DNA of 64,000 nt, from the NCBI GenBank assembly GCA_964016885.1, contig OZ024742.1, positions 228,532,001 to 228,596,000 on the forward strand, written 5' to 3'. Made by a program: the position numbers and the translations under genes. This stretch comes from Eledone cirrhosa. Lineage: Eukaryota. Numbering within the stretch: the stretch's first letter is position 1; each line of letters starts with the position of its first letter. The notes below the pieces were generated by a model that was not told where the DNA came from, did not search any database, and saw only the letters and a program-made list of their open reading frames with translations. Shown here piece by piece: positions 22,949 to 34,439 of this stretch.

Positions 22949-23465
22949 TGAGTTGAGATGGAGGGTCTGTGGTTTTTCTCACATCTGGTTGGTCTCTAAA
23001 TGTTACTTGTTTTATATGGAAAAAGTGGCTCGAAAGCCAGGTTTTTCGAGAAGTAATTTGATTGGTTTGTCAATAATTATAATAAATTTCGCGCCAGTTC
23101 GCGTTACAATAGTTCTTCAAATAAGAGAGAGGGGGGGGGGGGTTGTCACAGGTTGTTTTTTCATATATGAGTGTTTGAATTTCTTTTTACTTGAAAAAAG
23201 GAGGCTCACGAAGGCTTTTTTTTGGTTGGTTATAAATGAAATTTGGCTGTCACGTGAACAAGTTTTCATTACATTTTTGCGCCCTTATTTGGAAAACTAT
23301 TCTGTAGTCTTTATAGTGAATGTTATGACAATGGAGAGATAGTGGTCAAGGGAAAAGGGATTGGGAGAAATGTTCTGGTTCAGTGAATATGGCCAGCTGT
23401 CAGAGTTCAGGTGTCAGAGTTCAGATTTTCTATTGAGACTGAAGATATGTGTTTATTTGTGTGCT

Positions 23466-23501
<36 letters not shown>

Positions 23502-23965
23502 TATTGGAAGATGATTCTATTAGTAGAGATGGGGGAGGGAGTTGTATGTGTGTGTATATGGGTGTTATGTGTGTGTGTGCGAGTATGTTAAGATGGAGAG
23601 AATATATATTTTGTGTGTGTGTATATATATATATGTGTGTAGGAAAGTGGTTCTATTAGTAGAAATGGGGAGGGAGTTGTAGGTGTGGGGGTTGTTATGT
23701 GTGTGTATGGGTGTTATGTGTGTGGGAGTATGGTTAGCATGTTAAGATGAAGAGAATATATATTTATATATATAGTGTGTGTGTGTATGTGTGTGTGTAG
23801 GAAAGTGATTCCTTTAGTAGGAAGATGATTCTATTTTCGTGTTTGCTGTTGTATTGCCAGTGCAAACGTATGTTAAGGTTTATTTAGTTCGGGTTTTTAT
23901 TTTCTAAAGTAGAAGGTGTTATGTGTGTGTGTGTATGTCATATTGTGGTGTTGACATAATGTATA

Positions 23966-26293
23966 TTAAACCTTATTTAATGTTGGTCTATATTTTTGAA
24001 TAAACATATTTTCCTTATTTATTCGCATTTGTTCTGTTGTATTGTTAGCGCAAAGGTAAAATGGGAAGACTTGGAATTTGGGTGTCTTATTACTTGCGCA
24101 AATGTCTAGATATGCACTTAGTGGTATCTGTCTCGTGGTTGGATCTCGTAATTGTTGGCGATGAACTGTCATTCTGTTTCTGAGTGTGAGTTTAGTTTGT
24201 CCTATATAATCTTCATTGCATCCTTTACATTTAATGGCATAAATTAGATTTTTTGATGAGCAAGTGAAGTGATTTTTTACAGTAAAATTTTGTCCTGATT
24301 TAAATGTATACGTGTTGCCTTCAATGAGGTGAGTGCAGGTTCCACAATTAGAGCGACCACATTTTTTGATACTTGGTTGTGGGTTTGTGGTAGGTAATTT
24401 GGCATTGGTGAGTAATGTTTTTAGTGATTTTGGTTGTCTTTTGCTTTTGATTATTTTGTGTGTTTCAAGGGCTTTTTTCATTCTTGGGTTTTGTTTTAGT
24501 AGTGGGATGTTATTGTGAATAGTGTTGTAAGCTTCCGCATTTCTTGGGTTGTGTGTTGAGATATATGATAGAATATTGGACGTACCTTGAATTTGTTTCT
24601 GTTTCCGTAATTCATCAATGCCTATTGCTTTAGCCCTTTCTATTCCATTATTTATTAGTAATAGTGGGTACTCTCTCTCAAGTAGAATTTCCTTTAATTC
24701 TTGAAGTCTTTTATTTCGCGTTTCATAATTGGAGACAATTGTGCAAATTCTTCTTGCTAGGTTAAAAGGAATGTTCGTCTTCGTGTGCTTTGGATGGTTG
24801 GAGGTGAATAGCAGATATTGTTTGGAATCTGTTGGTTTGTAGTGTATGTCAGTTTCGATATTTGTGTCTTTTTTTGTGATTAAGATGTCCAGAAATGGGA
24901 GTTGATCTTGGCTGTATTCCATTGTGAATTGGATGTGGTTATTGATGCCGTTTATTAAGTTTTTGAAATCCTTCAGTTGGTCGAGTGTGTGGGACCAAAG
25001 AATGAGGCAATCGTCCAAGTAGCGTTTCCAATTCTCTGATAAATATTTGTGAAAGTTCAATCCGTATTTTGATTTGGACTGTTCATATATCTGGACTTCT
25101 AAGTATGCCATGACTAAGTTGGCATAAGTTGGAGCGGCTTTTGTGCCCACCGCAGTCCCCGATATTTGCTTGTAAGTATTGCCATCGAAATCAAAAAAGT
25201 TGTTCTGTAGGATGAATTTTAATCCCTCAGTGATGAAGCTTTTTTCTATTCTGTCAGGTATCTCATTGGGATATTTCTCTAGCCAGAATCCTATTGCTTC
25301 TAGTCCGTATTGGTGTGGGATCGTTGTGTAGAGATTCACTACATCGAAAGACACAATAATAGTGTCGTTGTTGACATGTTTGGGGAGGTGGTTTAAGAGG
25401 TCCAGATCGTCTCTTACAAGGCTTGGTATGTGTTTCAGTATTGGTTTCAGTAGTATGTCTATAAAGTTGCTCAATCTGTGTGTTTCACATTGTGGGCCCG
25501 CTACAATTGGTCTTAATTTAAGGTCTGTGGGGTATTGTGTGTTCACGCAGGCTGAGGTGGATTGTTTACAGGCATCGTTGATTATTTTACATTTGTGGAT
25601 CTTCGGAAGTCCGTAAAGGTTGCTGGTTTTGTATTCAAAATTTGTTAAATAATCGCGTTCCTTTTTAGTTAGGTCTTCCTGGTATCGATAAATCAGTGTG
25701 TTTAATTTGGTCATTATTTTTGATTGCTGGTAGTTTTTTACTCTTTCATAGTAATTAGTATTTTGTAAGAGAGAGAACATAGAATTTTTATATTTTTCAG
25801 CCTCCATAATGACAACAGTACTTCCCTTGTCCGCTTCCTTAATTACAATGTCCGTATTGTTTTTTAGTTCATGGATAATCTCCCATTCCCTTCGACTTGT
25901 GTTGGGTTTGGGTTTAGGTTGCGGTAGTTCATGGTATGGGAAGGTAGCTATGTGGTCACAAAATTTGTCCAGAACTCTGTTTCTACCTTTTGTTGGGTTG
26001 TAGCTGCTTTTATTCCGTACAATTGATTCGTCGTTATTATCCTTGTCAAAGAATTCTTCTGTGAGACGTAATTTTCTACAGAAGTGTGAGATATCGTCAT
26101 TTATCTCGTTGGGGTTAGGATATTGTGGTGTTGGTGTGAATTTCAGACCTTTGGAGAGAATTTTTACTTGTTGGGCTGAGAGGTTTGTATTTGAAATGTT
26201 AATTATTTTCGGTTTTTCAAAATCGGTTTGTGCCACCGGGTGTCGTGAGTCCTGTAGCCTTGGTCTAAAAAATGATTTTTCTGGAATGTTTTT
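23966..26293 (-). CDS. Penelope-like reverse transcriptase + GIY-YIG endonuclease (ORF2); frame open from 26293, no AUG near start
   Basis: LSKGLKFTP, IKEADKG, YGLPKIHK, FDVVNLYT, GTAVG, RYLDD, LPFLD; CGRSNCGTC linker (Neptune-type); LIY..C..C...YIGQT...R...H nuclease motif. Confidence 0.95.
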   Translation of the reverse strand, partial: KNIPEKSFFRPRLQDSRHPVAQTDFEKPKIINISNTNLSAQQVKILSKGLKFTPTPQYPNPNEINDDISHFCRKLRLTEEFFDKDNNDESIVRNKSSYNPTKGRNRVLDKFCDHIATFPYHELPQPKPKPNTSRREWEIIHELKNNTDIVIKEADKGSTVVIMEAEKYKNSMFSLLQNTNYYERVKNYQQSKIMTKLNTLIYRYQEDLTKKERDYLTNFEYKTSNLYGLPKIHKCKIINDACKQSTSACVNTQYPTDLKLRPIVAGPQCETHRLSNFIDILLKPILKHIPSLVRDDLDLLNHLPKHVNNDTIIVSFDVVNLYTTIPHQYGLEAIGFWLEKYPNEIPDRIEKSFITEGLKFILQNNFFDFDGNTYKQISGTAVGTKAAPTYANLVMAYLEVQIYEQSKSKYGLNFHKYLSENWKRYLDDCLILWSHTLDQLKDFKNLINGINNHIQFTMEYSQDQLPFLDILITKKDTNIETDIHYKPTDSKQYLLFTSNHPKHTKTNIPFNLARRICTIVSNYETRNKRLQELKEILLEREYPLLLINNGIERAKAIGIDELRKQKQIQGTSNILSYISTHNPRNAEAYNTIHNNIPLLKQNPRMKKALETHKIIKSKRQPKSLKTLLTNAKLPTTNPQPSIKKCGRSNCGTCTHLIEGNTYTFKSGQNFTVKNHFTCSSKNLIYAIKCKGCNEDYIGQTKLTLRNRMTVHRQQLRDPTTRQIPLSAYLDICASNKTPKFQVFPFYLCANNTTEQMRINKENMFIQKYRPTLNKV

Positions 26294-27405
26294 TCATTGG
26301 TATTATTATATCTAATGGTATTTCCCCTGTTGTTGTGTGGTCTTGTATAGAAGTTTCGGACGTATTGAGGTTCGGTTTGTTGATAGTCCGGGTTGTAGAT
26401 TTGGTTCCTTTGTGTGGGTTGGGATCTATGGTTTTGGAACAGGCTCTGTGTGGGCAGGGGTCTACGGTTTTGGAATAGGTTTTGTGTGGGTTGTGATCTG
26501 CGGATCAGATCCTGCCTTGTGTTCGGGGATCTTTGGTTTTTGTTAGTAGGGTTATAGTTTTGTCTATGGTTTCTGGGATTATCGTTATAGTTTTGCTGGG
26601 GGTATGTTGGACGTTTTGTTACTTTTTTTGTTATTTGTTGTGCATGTGGTGTGTGAGTTTTAGTTTGTTTTAAAAATGGGTTACCTGTATGTTGTTCATT
26701 TTTGAAGTCCATTTCGTAGTTGTTGAACCAGGTGGCGTTTTTTTCCCATCGCTGGAGGGATGTGAGTTCTTCATCCTCACAGTTTTCTTTCCAAAGTTTT
26801 AGGTTTTTTTTGTAGAGTAGGCCTTCAGAGTGCTTTGAGATTTCTGTGTCCATCTGTTGGTCGAGTGACTTGAATTTTTCTTCGTTGGAGTTGGCTCTTA
26901 ATCGCAACAGTTCTATTTCTGTTTTAAATTTTTCCAATGCCATCTTTTCCCTAAGTCTTTGTTGGTTTTCTGGTTCATTCGGGATGGGTTTTATTTTGAG
27001 TTTTTTGGGGAGGATGATTGGGGTAGAGTTTAGCCACTTTTCATATATGTCTGCCTTGCCATTATTTTTTAGGAGATTCCAAAGGGCGAATTTGCGGGCT
27101 GTGAGCTTTTGAGTCCATATGTTGATTAGGGTGTTTTTCACTGAGTGGACATCTCGTAGATTGGGTTCTAACGGTTGTTCAAGCTTTTGGAGCATTGCTG
27201 TTTCAATGGTTTCGATTAGCTTAGTTAATACTGGAGTAATATTCGTCTCTTGGGTATTTTCTGTTTCTTCGTGGGGTCCTTTTTTATAGATGTGTATTTG
27301 GTCCACTTTGTTGGTCAAAATTGAGAGTTTAGAGGAAATCTCTTTGAGTTCATTTAAGATGTCCTGGTTCAGTGAGTTGTTGTTTTGTTGAGACTTTGGT
27401 GGCAT
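26203..27405 (-). CDS. Penelope element upstream ORF1 (400 aa; coiled-coil-like N-terminal half, Q/N/R-rich tail)
   Basis: Uninterrupted ATG-started ORF inside the terminal repeats, overlapping ORF2; heptad-like L/I spacing; 12-aa repeats RSQPTQNLFQN. Confidence 0.8.
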   Translation of the reverse strand: MPPKSQQNNNSLNQDILNELKEISSKLSILTNKVDQIHIYKKGPHEETENTQETNITPVLTKLIETIETAMLQKLEQPLEPNLRDVHSVKNTLINIWTQKLTARKFALWNLLKNNGKADIYEKWLNSTPIILPKKLKIKPIPNEPENQQRLREKMALEKFKTEIELLRLRANSNEEKFKSLDQQMDTEISKHSEGLLYKKNLKLWKENCEDEELTSLQRWEKNATWFNNYEMDFKNEQHTGNPFLKQTKTHTPHAQQITKKVTKRPTYPQQNYNDNPRNHRQNYNPTNKNQRSPNTRQDLIRRSQPTQNLFQNRRPLPTQSLFQNHRSQPTQRNQIYNPDYQQTEPQYVRNFYTRPHNNRGNTIRYNNTNEKTFQKNHFLDQGYRTHDTRWHKPILKNRK

Positions 27406-27657
27406 TTTCGGTCTTCGTGTGGTGGATATATATTAGAAAGTGAAGTTTTTTTTACAAAATGAAAAATAACCGAGGTGTCCTACACGAGTGGAAGTATAAA
27501 GAAAAAGAGATGAAATCGAAAATGCAACTGAAGTCTTATTTTTAAAAAAAATATATATATTTATTTGGTTCCTTTACCGGTTTCGCAGTAATCTCTCTCT
27601 CTCTCTCTATATATATTTGTATACACACACACATACATATATATACATATATATATA

Positions 27658-27755
<98 letters not shown>

Positions 27756-27766
27756 TATATATACAC

Positions 27767-27823
<57 letters not shown>

Positions 27824-28157
27824 TAAGAAAATTAACAAAGAAAAGACAAGACAGCGAACGGAAAAAAAACGAAAAGGATTTTTTTAAGGGGAAAAAATTA
27901 TTAATAAAAAATAAATATACAAACGAAGGACACAGAACTCCATCGTTATCGGCCGTTGAGATGGACTTGGGCAGTTTCGACCCCCTACCAACGGTACTGC
28001 TGATCCATTCGGGGTCACAGCCTCTGACATAAGCCAAACACTGTCCAAAGGGGTAAGCGACGAAATATATAAATAAGTAGGTTATTTAGGAGATGGAAAT
28101 ATATATTGCAATATAATAATTAAATATATATGTATAATTATACATATGTATGTATGT

Positions 28158-28768
28158 ATGTCAGGTCACCAGTTGGTGCTACTGGTAACATGTATCCCAG
28201 TACAACCTGTCTCATGGTCGGGTCGTTGGCGACTAAACTGGCAACCCCACCAAGGTTTCTTGGTGAGGAGGGTGACTTTGGACATCCTGCAGGACTAAAA
28301 ACAAAACCTGTCAAAGGGCAAAGGAGCTCTTAAGAGTCAATGGCCATCCAAAATCATCAGGAGAGATGACCCCTTAGCCTTTGTCAAGGCAGAATTCTAG
28401 GAGAAGGAAAACTCTGATATAACACCTGCAACCCTGATAGTATCCAATGATGTTGACTTGTTCTTCTTTTTGGTAAATATCATCTTGGTTAAGAGAGTGG
28501 GACTGGCTTTGTGCAGTGCCTTTGCTCACTATAAAAGCTTCACGGCACAGGCATTGCTTTATATCTGGAGATCTCTCTGCACTTGTCGTCACATGGTACC
28601 ATGGGCCCAGCACTATGTGTCAATAATTGTCACAGGTGTAGTGTTTGTACCAGAGTTTTCAAGTCGCTGGCTGGACTAAAAAGTCACACTCGTTCAGCGC
28701 ATCGGTAGGGGTTCTCCTACATGGATATAAAGTAGTGGCCGTACTCGAAAACGAGTTGGCAGCCACCA
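28158..28768 (+). mobile_element. About 610-bp non-coding repeated element with terminal hairpins (possibly a non-autonomous RTE-like retroposon); full copy
   Basis: Near-identical inverted copy at 46177-46787; left-truncated copies at 29258-29587, 29765-30047, 30671-31078; divergent relatives at 30118-30593 and 32980-33180; all abut microsatellite. Confidence 0.7.
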
Positions 28769-28880
28769 TGTATGTATGTATGTATGTATGTATGTATGTA
28801 TGTATGTATGTATGTATGTATGTATGTATGTATGTATGTATGCGTGTATGTATGTATGTGTGTGTATGTATGTATGTATG

Positions 28881-29244
28881 TTCTTCTGGTTTTATAATTT
28901 CACATATTTTTTCCCAATAGAGAGAGAGTCGATTGCTAACATAGACACAAGACTCTCTCATTGGAATTTACACAACATCAACTAGGTAGATATGTATGTA
29001 TGCATGCATGTGTAGATATGGATGTTATTGTATGTGTGGATGTGTATGTTTTGAGTTGTATGTGTGCATGTGCATACGCTTTGTACATGTGTATATGCAA
29101 ATATTAGATGCAACATTCTTGGAATGTTTTACATATTTTTGCTGTTCTATTAATGGATTGTACTTGTAATTTCCTAACTAGTTGTGTTCTTTCTGTTCCT
29201 GTGAAGCCCAGCTTCTCAAGATTTGTATTGAAGCAGTTACTAAC
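28881..29244 (-). mobile_element. R4/Dong-like element family B, 3' end fragment between (TATG)n tracts
   Basis: Homologous to 32015-32435; a 38-bp terminal piece recurs at 29653-29690. Confidence 0.7.
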
Positions 29245-31084
29245 TGTATGTATGTATGGTATCCAATGATGTTGACTTGTTCTTCTTTTTGGTAAATATC
29301 ATCTTGGTTAAGAGAGTGGGACTGGCTTTGTGCAGTGCCTTTGCTCACTATAAAAGCTTCACGGCACAGGCATTGCTTTATATCTGGAGATCTCTCTGCA
29401 CTTGTCGTCACATGGTACCATGGGCCCAGCACTATGTGTCAATAATTGTCACAGGTGTAGTGTTTGTACCAGAGTTTTCAAGTCGCTGGCTGGACTAAAA
29501 TATCACACTTGTTCAGCACATCGGTAGGGGTTCTCCTACATGGATATAAAGTAGTGGCCGTACTTGAAGGCGAGTTGGCAGCCACCATGTATGTATGTAT
29601 GTATGTATGTATGTATGTATGTATGTATGTATGTATGTATGTATGTATGTATGTTCTTCTGGTTTTATAATTTCACACATTTTTGCCAAAATGTATGTAT
29701 GTATGTATGTATGTATGTATGTATGTATGTATGTATGTATGTATGTATGGTTAAGAAAAAAATATGGTTAAGAGAGTGGGACTGGCTTTGTGCAGTGCCT
29801 TTGCTCACTATAAAAGCTTCACGGCACAGGCATTGCTTTATATCTGGAGATCTCTCTGCACTTGTCGTCACATGGTACCATGGGCCCAGCACTATGTGTC
29901 AACAATTGTCACAAGTGTAGTGTTTGTACCAGAGTTTCCAAGTCGCTTGCTGGACTAAAAAGTCACACTCGTTCAGCGCATCGGTAGGGGTTCTCCTACA
30001 TGGATATAAAGTAGTGGCCGTACTCGAAAACGAGTTGGCAACCACCATGTATGTATGTATGTATGTATGTATGTATGTATGTATGTATGTATGTATGTAT
30101 GTATGTATGTATGTATGTCGGGTCCATCTTGAGTGCTACTGGTAACATGTAACCCAGTACAACCTGTCGCATGGTCGGGTCGTCGGTGACTAAACCGGCA
30201 ACCCCACCAAGTTTACTTGGTGAGGAGGGTGATTTTGGTTACCCTGCAGGACAAAAAACAAAACCCGACAAAGGGCGGAAGAACTCATAAGAGTCAACGG
30301 CCATCCAAAAGTGTGTAAATATGTATATACATGTATGCATGTGTATGTATATATATATGTATATATGTATATATGTATATACATATATGCATGTGTATGT
30401 ATATGCGCGGGGACATAGAAATAATCGGGCTGGATACTGTCGCTCAGAGAGTGGGATTGGCTCAGTGCGCAGTGTTTCCTCACTTAAAAAAAAAATCTTC
30501 ACGTACAGGCATTGTACGATATCATTAATTGATAATGATTAATAATGTTATATCTTGCAATGGCCATACTCGATAACGTGGGGACAGCCATCATGTATGT
30601 ATGTATGTATGTATGTATGTATGTATGTATGTATGTATGTATGTATGTATGTATGTATGTATGTATGTATGAGAGATCACCCCTTAGCCTTTGTCAAGGC
30701 AGAATTCTAGGAGAAGGAAAACTCTGATATAACACCTGCAACTCTGATGGTATCCAATGATGTTGACTTGTTCTTCTTTTTGGTAAATATCATCTTGGTT
30801 AAGAGAGTGGGACTGGCTTTGTGCAGTGCCTTTGCTCACTATAAAAGCTTCACGGCACAGGCATTGCTTTATATCTGGAGATCTCTCTGCACTTGTCGTC
30901 ACATGGTGCCATGGGCCCAGCACTATGTGTCAATAATTGTCACAAGTGTAGTGTTTGTACCAGAGTTTTCAAGTCGCTGGCTGGACTAAAAAGTCACACT
31001 CGTTCAGCGCATCGGTAGGGGTTCTCCTACATGGATATAAAGTAGTGGCCGTACTCGAAAACGAGTTGGCAGCCACCATGTATG

Positions 31085-31929
31085 TTTTCTCTTTCTCTTA
31101 ATTTTGAGTATATTTTTTTGACCGGCCACCTTCCTGGTGGCAAGGTTGTAAAAGAAAAGAAATTGTCATCCCTTGAATCGCAAGAATGTTTTGCAAATTT
31201 TGAAGGTGCCAGCTATCGCAGCCATTTGTAGACTATGAATTAGGGAGCTGCGCTTTTTGTCCGCAAATCCAAGTTCAGTCATACTTTGGTCCAAGCGGGT
31301 TGGTATATAACCCGTAGCACCAATAATGATGGGTATGAAGCTAAAGGTGTATCTTGGATACTGGATTTGTAAACTCCTCATCAATGGTCCGTAGATGTCC
31401 TCCTTTTCCTGTATTTTTCTGACAACGTTTACATCAAGTGGGCAGCTGATCTCCACAACAGAACACGTTTTCAATGTGTGGTCCCAAACTACAATATCAG
31501 GCCGGTTGTGCTTTAATCTGGTGGCAGTTTTTATTTTCAGGTTCCACCAGTATTCCTTAGTGCCATCTGTCTCAATATATTCTTCCTCGTTTGTTGTTAA
31601 TTTTGTTTTCCGAAGTGCGTTCCAGATGGTTCTAGCTATCCCATCGTGTCTCATGGGGAGGTAGTAGCGAGATGACATTCTTTCGCAGCTGGCAACAATG
31701 TGGCTTACATCCTCGATCTTTGTTTTACATAGCCTACATTTATTGTCAGCTGCTGGCCCTCCTCTTTTGTGCAGCAGATATTTGGTAGTGAGTTCTTGTT
31801 CCTGTATTGCATAGAGATATCCCTCAAGGTGTGATGTCATAAACTTGTCGGAACTCCATGCCAGGCTTTTTGAGTGGTTTATCCCCTCTATGGTCTGTGT
31901 TTTACACCTCAAGTATCCATGCACAACTT
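31085..31929 (-). mobile_element. R4/Dong-clade non-LTR retrotransposon family A, 5'-truncated; CCHC + restriction-like endonuclease (coding 31929-31166)
   Basis: EGYLYAIQEQEL, CRLC...EDVSHIVASC, RHD, RPDIVVWD...VVEISCP, EKEDIY, PIIIGATG are characteristic of the R4-clade RLE region; both junctions lie in (CATA)n. Confidence 0.9.
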
Positions 31930-32014
31930 GTATGTATGTATGTATGTATGTATGTATGTATGTATGTATGTATGTATGTATGTATGTATGTATGTATGTA
32001 TGTATGTGTGTATG

Positions 32015-32126
32015 TTCCGGTTTTATAATTTTACACATTTTTACCAATAGAGAGTGAGTCGGTTTCTAACATAGATACACGACTCTTTCATTGGAATTTA
32101 GACATCATCAACTAGGTAGATATGTC

Positions 32127-32199
<73 letters not shown>

Positions 32200-32620
32200 G
32201 TATGGATGTTAATATATATATGTGGATGTGTATGCTTTGAATTATATATGTGTATGTGTATATGCTTTGTATCTGTACATGTATACATGCAGTTATTACA
32301 TGCAGAATTTTTGGAATGTTTTACATACTTTTATTGTTCCATTAATGGATTGTACTTGTAATTTCCTAAATAGTCGTGTTCTTTCTGGTTCTATGAAGCC
32401 CAGCTTCTCAAGATTTGTACTGAAGCAGTTAGTAACATATCACGGAGCCCCAATAATCAAGGTATAAATCTGATGGTATAGTCAGGGTGGAGTATCTGCA
32501 GATTCCTCATTAGTTCTGCATAGATATTTTCCTTTTCGCTAATCTTTAATATTATATTGGCATCTGCTGGACAGCTAACTTCCACTACTCTGCATGCCTT
32601 CTCTTCCCTGTCCCACATTA
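32015..32620 (-). mobile_element. R4/Dong-like element family B, 5'-truncated RLE C-terminus + 3'UTR
   Basis: WDREEKACRVVEVSCPAD..EKENIY..., then frameshifted IIGA...LGF...LQ...GTIKVCKTF, homologous to family A; flanked by (TATG)n. Confidence 0.85.
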
Positions 32621-32980
32621 TATGTATGTATGTGCGTATGTATGTTTGTATGTATGTGCGTATGTATGTATGTATGTATGTATGTATGTATGTATGTATG
32701 TATGTATGTATGTATGAATGCATGCATGCATGTATGTATGTATGTATGTATGTATGTATGTATGTATGTATGTATGTATGTATGTATGTATGTATGTATG
32801 AATGCATGCATGCATGCATGCATGTATGTATGTATGTATGTATGTATGTATGTATGTATGTATGTATGTATGTATGTATGTATGTATGAATGCATGCATG
32901 CATGCATGTATGTATGTATGTATGTATGTATGTATGTATGTATGAATGCATGCATGCATGTATGCATGTATGTATGTATG
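32621..32980. repeat. (TATG)n/(CATG)n compound microsatellite
   Basis: Direct reading; further (TATG)n tracts at 28769-28880, 29588-29748, 30048-30117, 30594-30670, 31930-32014. Confidence 0.95.
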
Positions 32981-33744
32981 GTCAAGTCGTTCCTGAGTGC
33001 TACTGGTAACATGTTATCCAGTACAGCTTGACGCATGATCGGGTCGCCAGCGACTAAACCGGCAACGCCATCAAGGTTGCATGGTAAGAAGGAGGATTTT
33101 GGACACCCTACAGGACGAAAAGCAAAAGCTGACAAAGGGCGGAGGTACTCATGAGAGTCAACGGTCATCCAATAGTGTGTACATATGTATGTATTGCGTG
33201 GGTGTGTAAATATGTATATGTGGGTGCGTCAGGATTGTTTGCGTGCGTGTGTATATGCATGTTTATAAGTAAAAAAAGGTTTACTTTTAAACTTTTTACT
33301 AATTTTTTGTTATTTCATTTTATCTTATTTATTTATTTGGATAAAACTGCGGTTGATACAGCTACCGATCATCTTGCATCAGCTCGTCATTGGATTCTGG
33401 CTGTTGATTCTTAGAGAACAGCATGTATGTAGTACAAGCACATGCGGCTTTGATCTCCTTGTGCAGATATCTATTCAAAGTCCTGCGGCGATGGGGTAGC
33501 CACGCCGGATACAGACCTAACAATATGGAGGTATACAGCTGCTAATCTATATGTAGGTGGCTTAAGGTTAGTCCAACATTGTCAGTGATCGGAGTAGGAA
33601 CTGTTTAGGACGGAGTCTTTTGTGACTGAGTAGCCCTTTCAAGGAAGAACACTGCTTACCCAAATCTTGGCCCGAGAACAACAGATTTCTTCCAGAGAAA
33701 GATAGAAAGTGAGAGAGAGGAAAAGAGAAAGAGATATTGAGGAA

Positions 33745-33885
33745 GAATCAACCTCAGGACTTGACTGGTATTTTTTATTGACCTCGAAAGGATGAAAGGC
33801 AAAGTTGACCTCGGCGGGATTTGAACTCAAAGAGCAGAGAGCCAGAATAAATACCATAAAGCATTCTACCCGACGTTCTAATCAT
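33745..33885 (-). mobile_element. tRNA-derived SINE fragment
   Basis: Reverse complement of gagttcaaatcccgccgaggtcaactttgcctttcatcct family body. Confidence 0.7.
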
Positions 33886-33890
33886 TAGAA

Positions 33891-34053
33891 CGTCATGGGC
33901 AAGCTGCGGGCCGCGAATCTTTCTGTATGACTCGCCTAAGTCACCTAAGTGAAATCTTTCTGATTTTTTTACCCCACCTTTACAGCCGCGGCCCGCCTGG
34001 TGATGAACTATATCTCATGCGGCCCGCTTCTCGAAAAAGGTTGCCCATGCCTG
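33891..34053. mobile_element. hAT-like MITE (related inverted copy at 43129-43397)
   Basis: Termini catgggcaa...ttgcccatgcctg, subterminal gcggcccgc motifs; shared body cacctaagtgaaatcttt. Confidence 0.6.
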
Positions 34054-34439
34054 TTCTAATGACTGCCAATTCGCCGCCTATAATCACATACGTACAACAC
34101 AACAAAATATATCGAATAAATCCAATAAATGACTGAAACTATCAAAATGGAATATTTTACTCATCCATAATTGTAAGATAAACAATATTTTTCCTAAAAG
34201 TAATTCCTCTTTTAGCTCTCCCTCCACTCTCTCTCTTTCAACATCTCTTTCTCTCTTTCCCTCTCTTTCTGCCTCTCTCATATAAGCACACACACTTGCT
34301 ATCCAATTTCCATAGCGTGACAGTCGTTTTAACAAGTAATACCTATTTTAGTACTCTCTCTTTCTCCTCTTTCGCTTATTTACACACGCACATATCTTCT
34401 CTTTTCCATACAGACATGAGATTAAACAAAGTCGGCGTT

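Noticed and set aside
28140-33180. Repeat-spacer alternation resembling a CRISPR-like array
   Set aside because: The repeats are variable-length microsatellites, the spacers are recurring retroelement fragments, there are no cas genes, and the context is eukaryotic.
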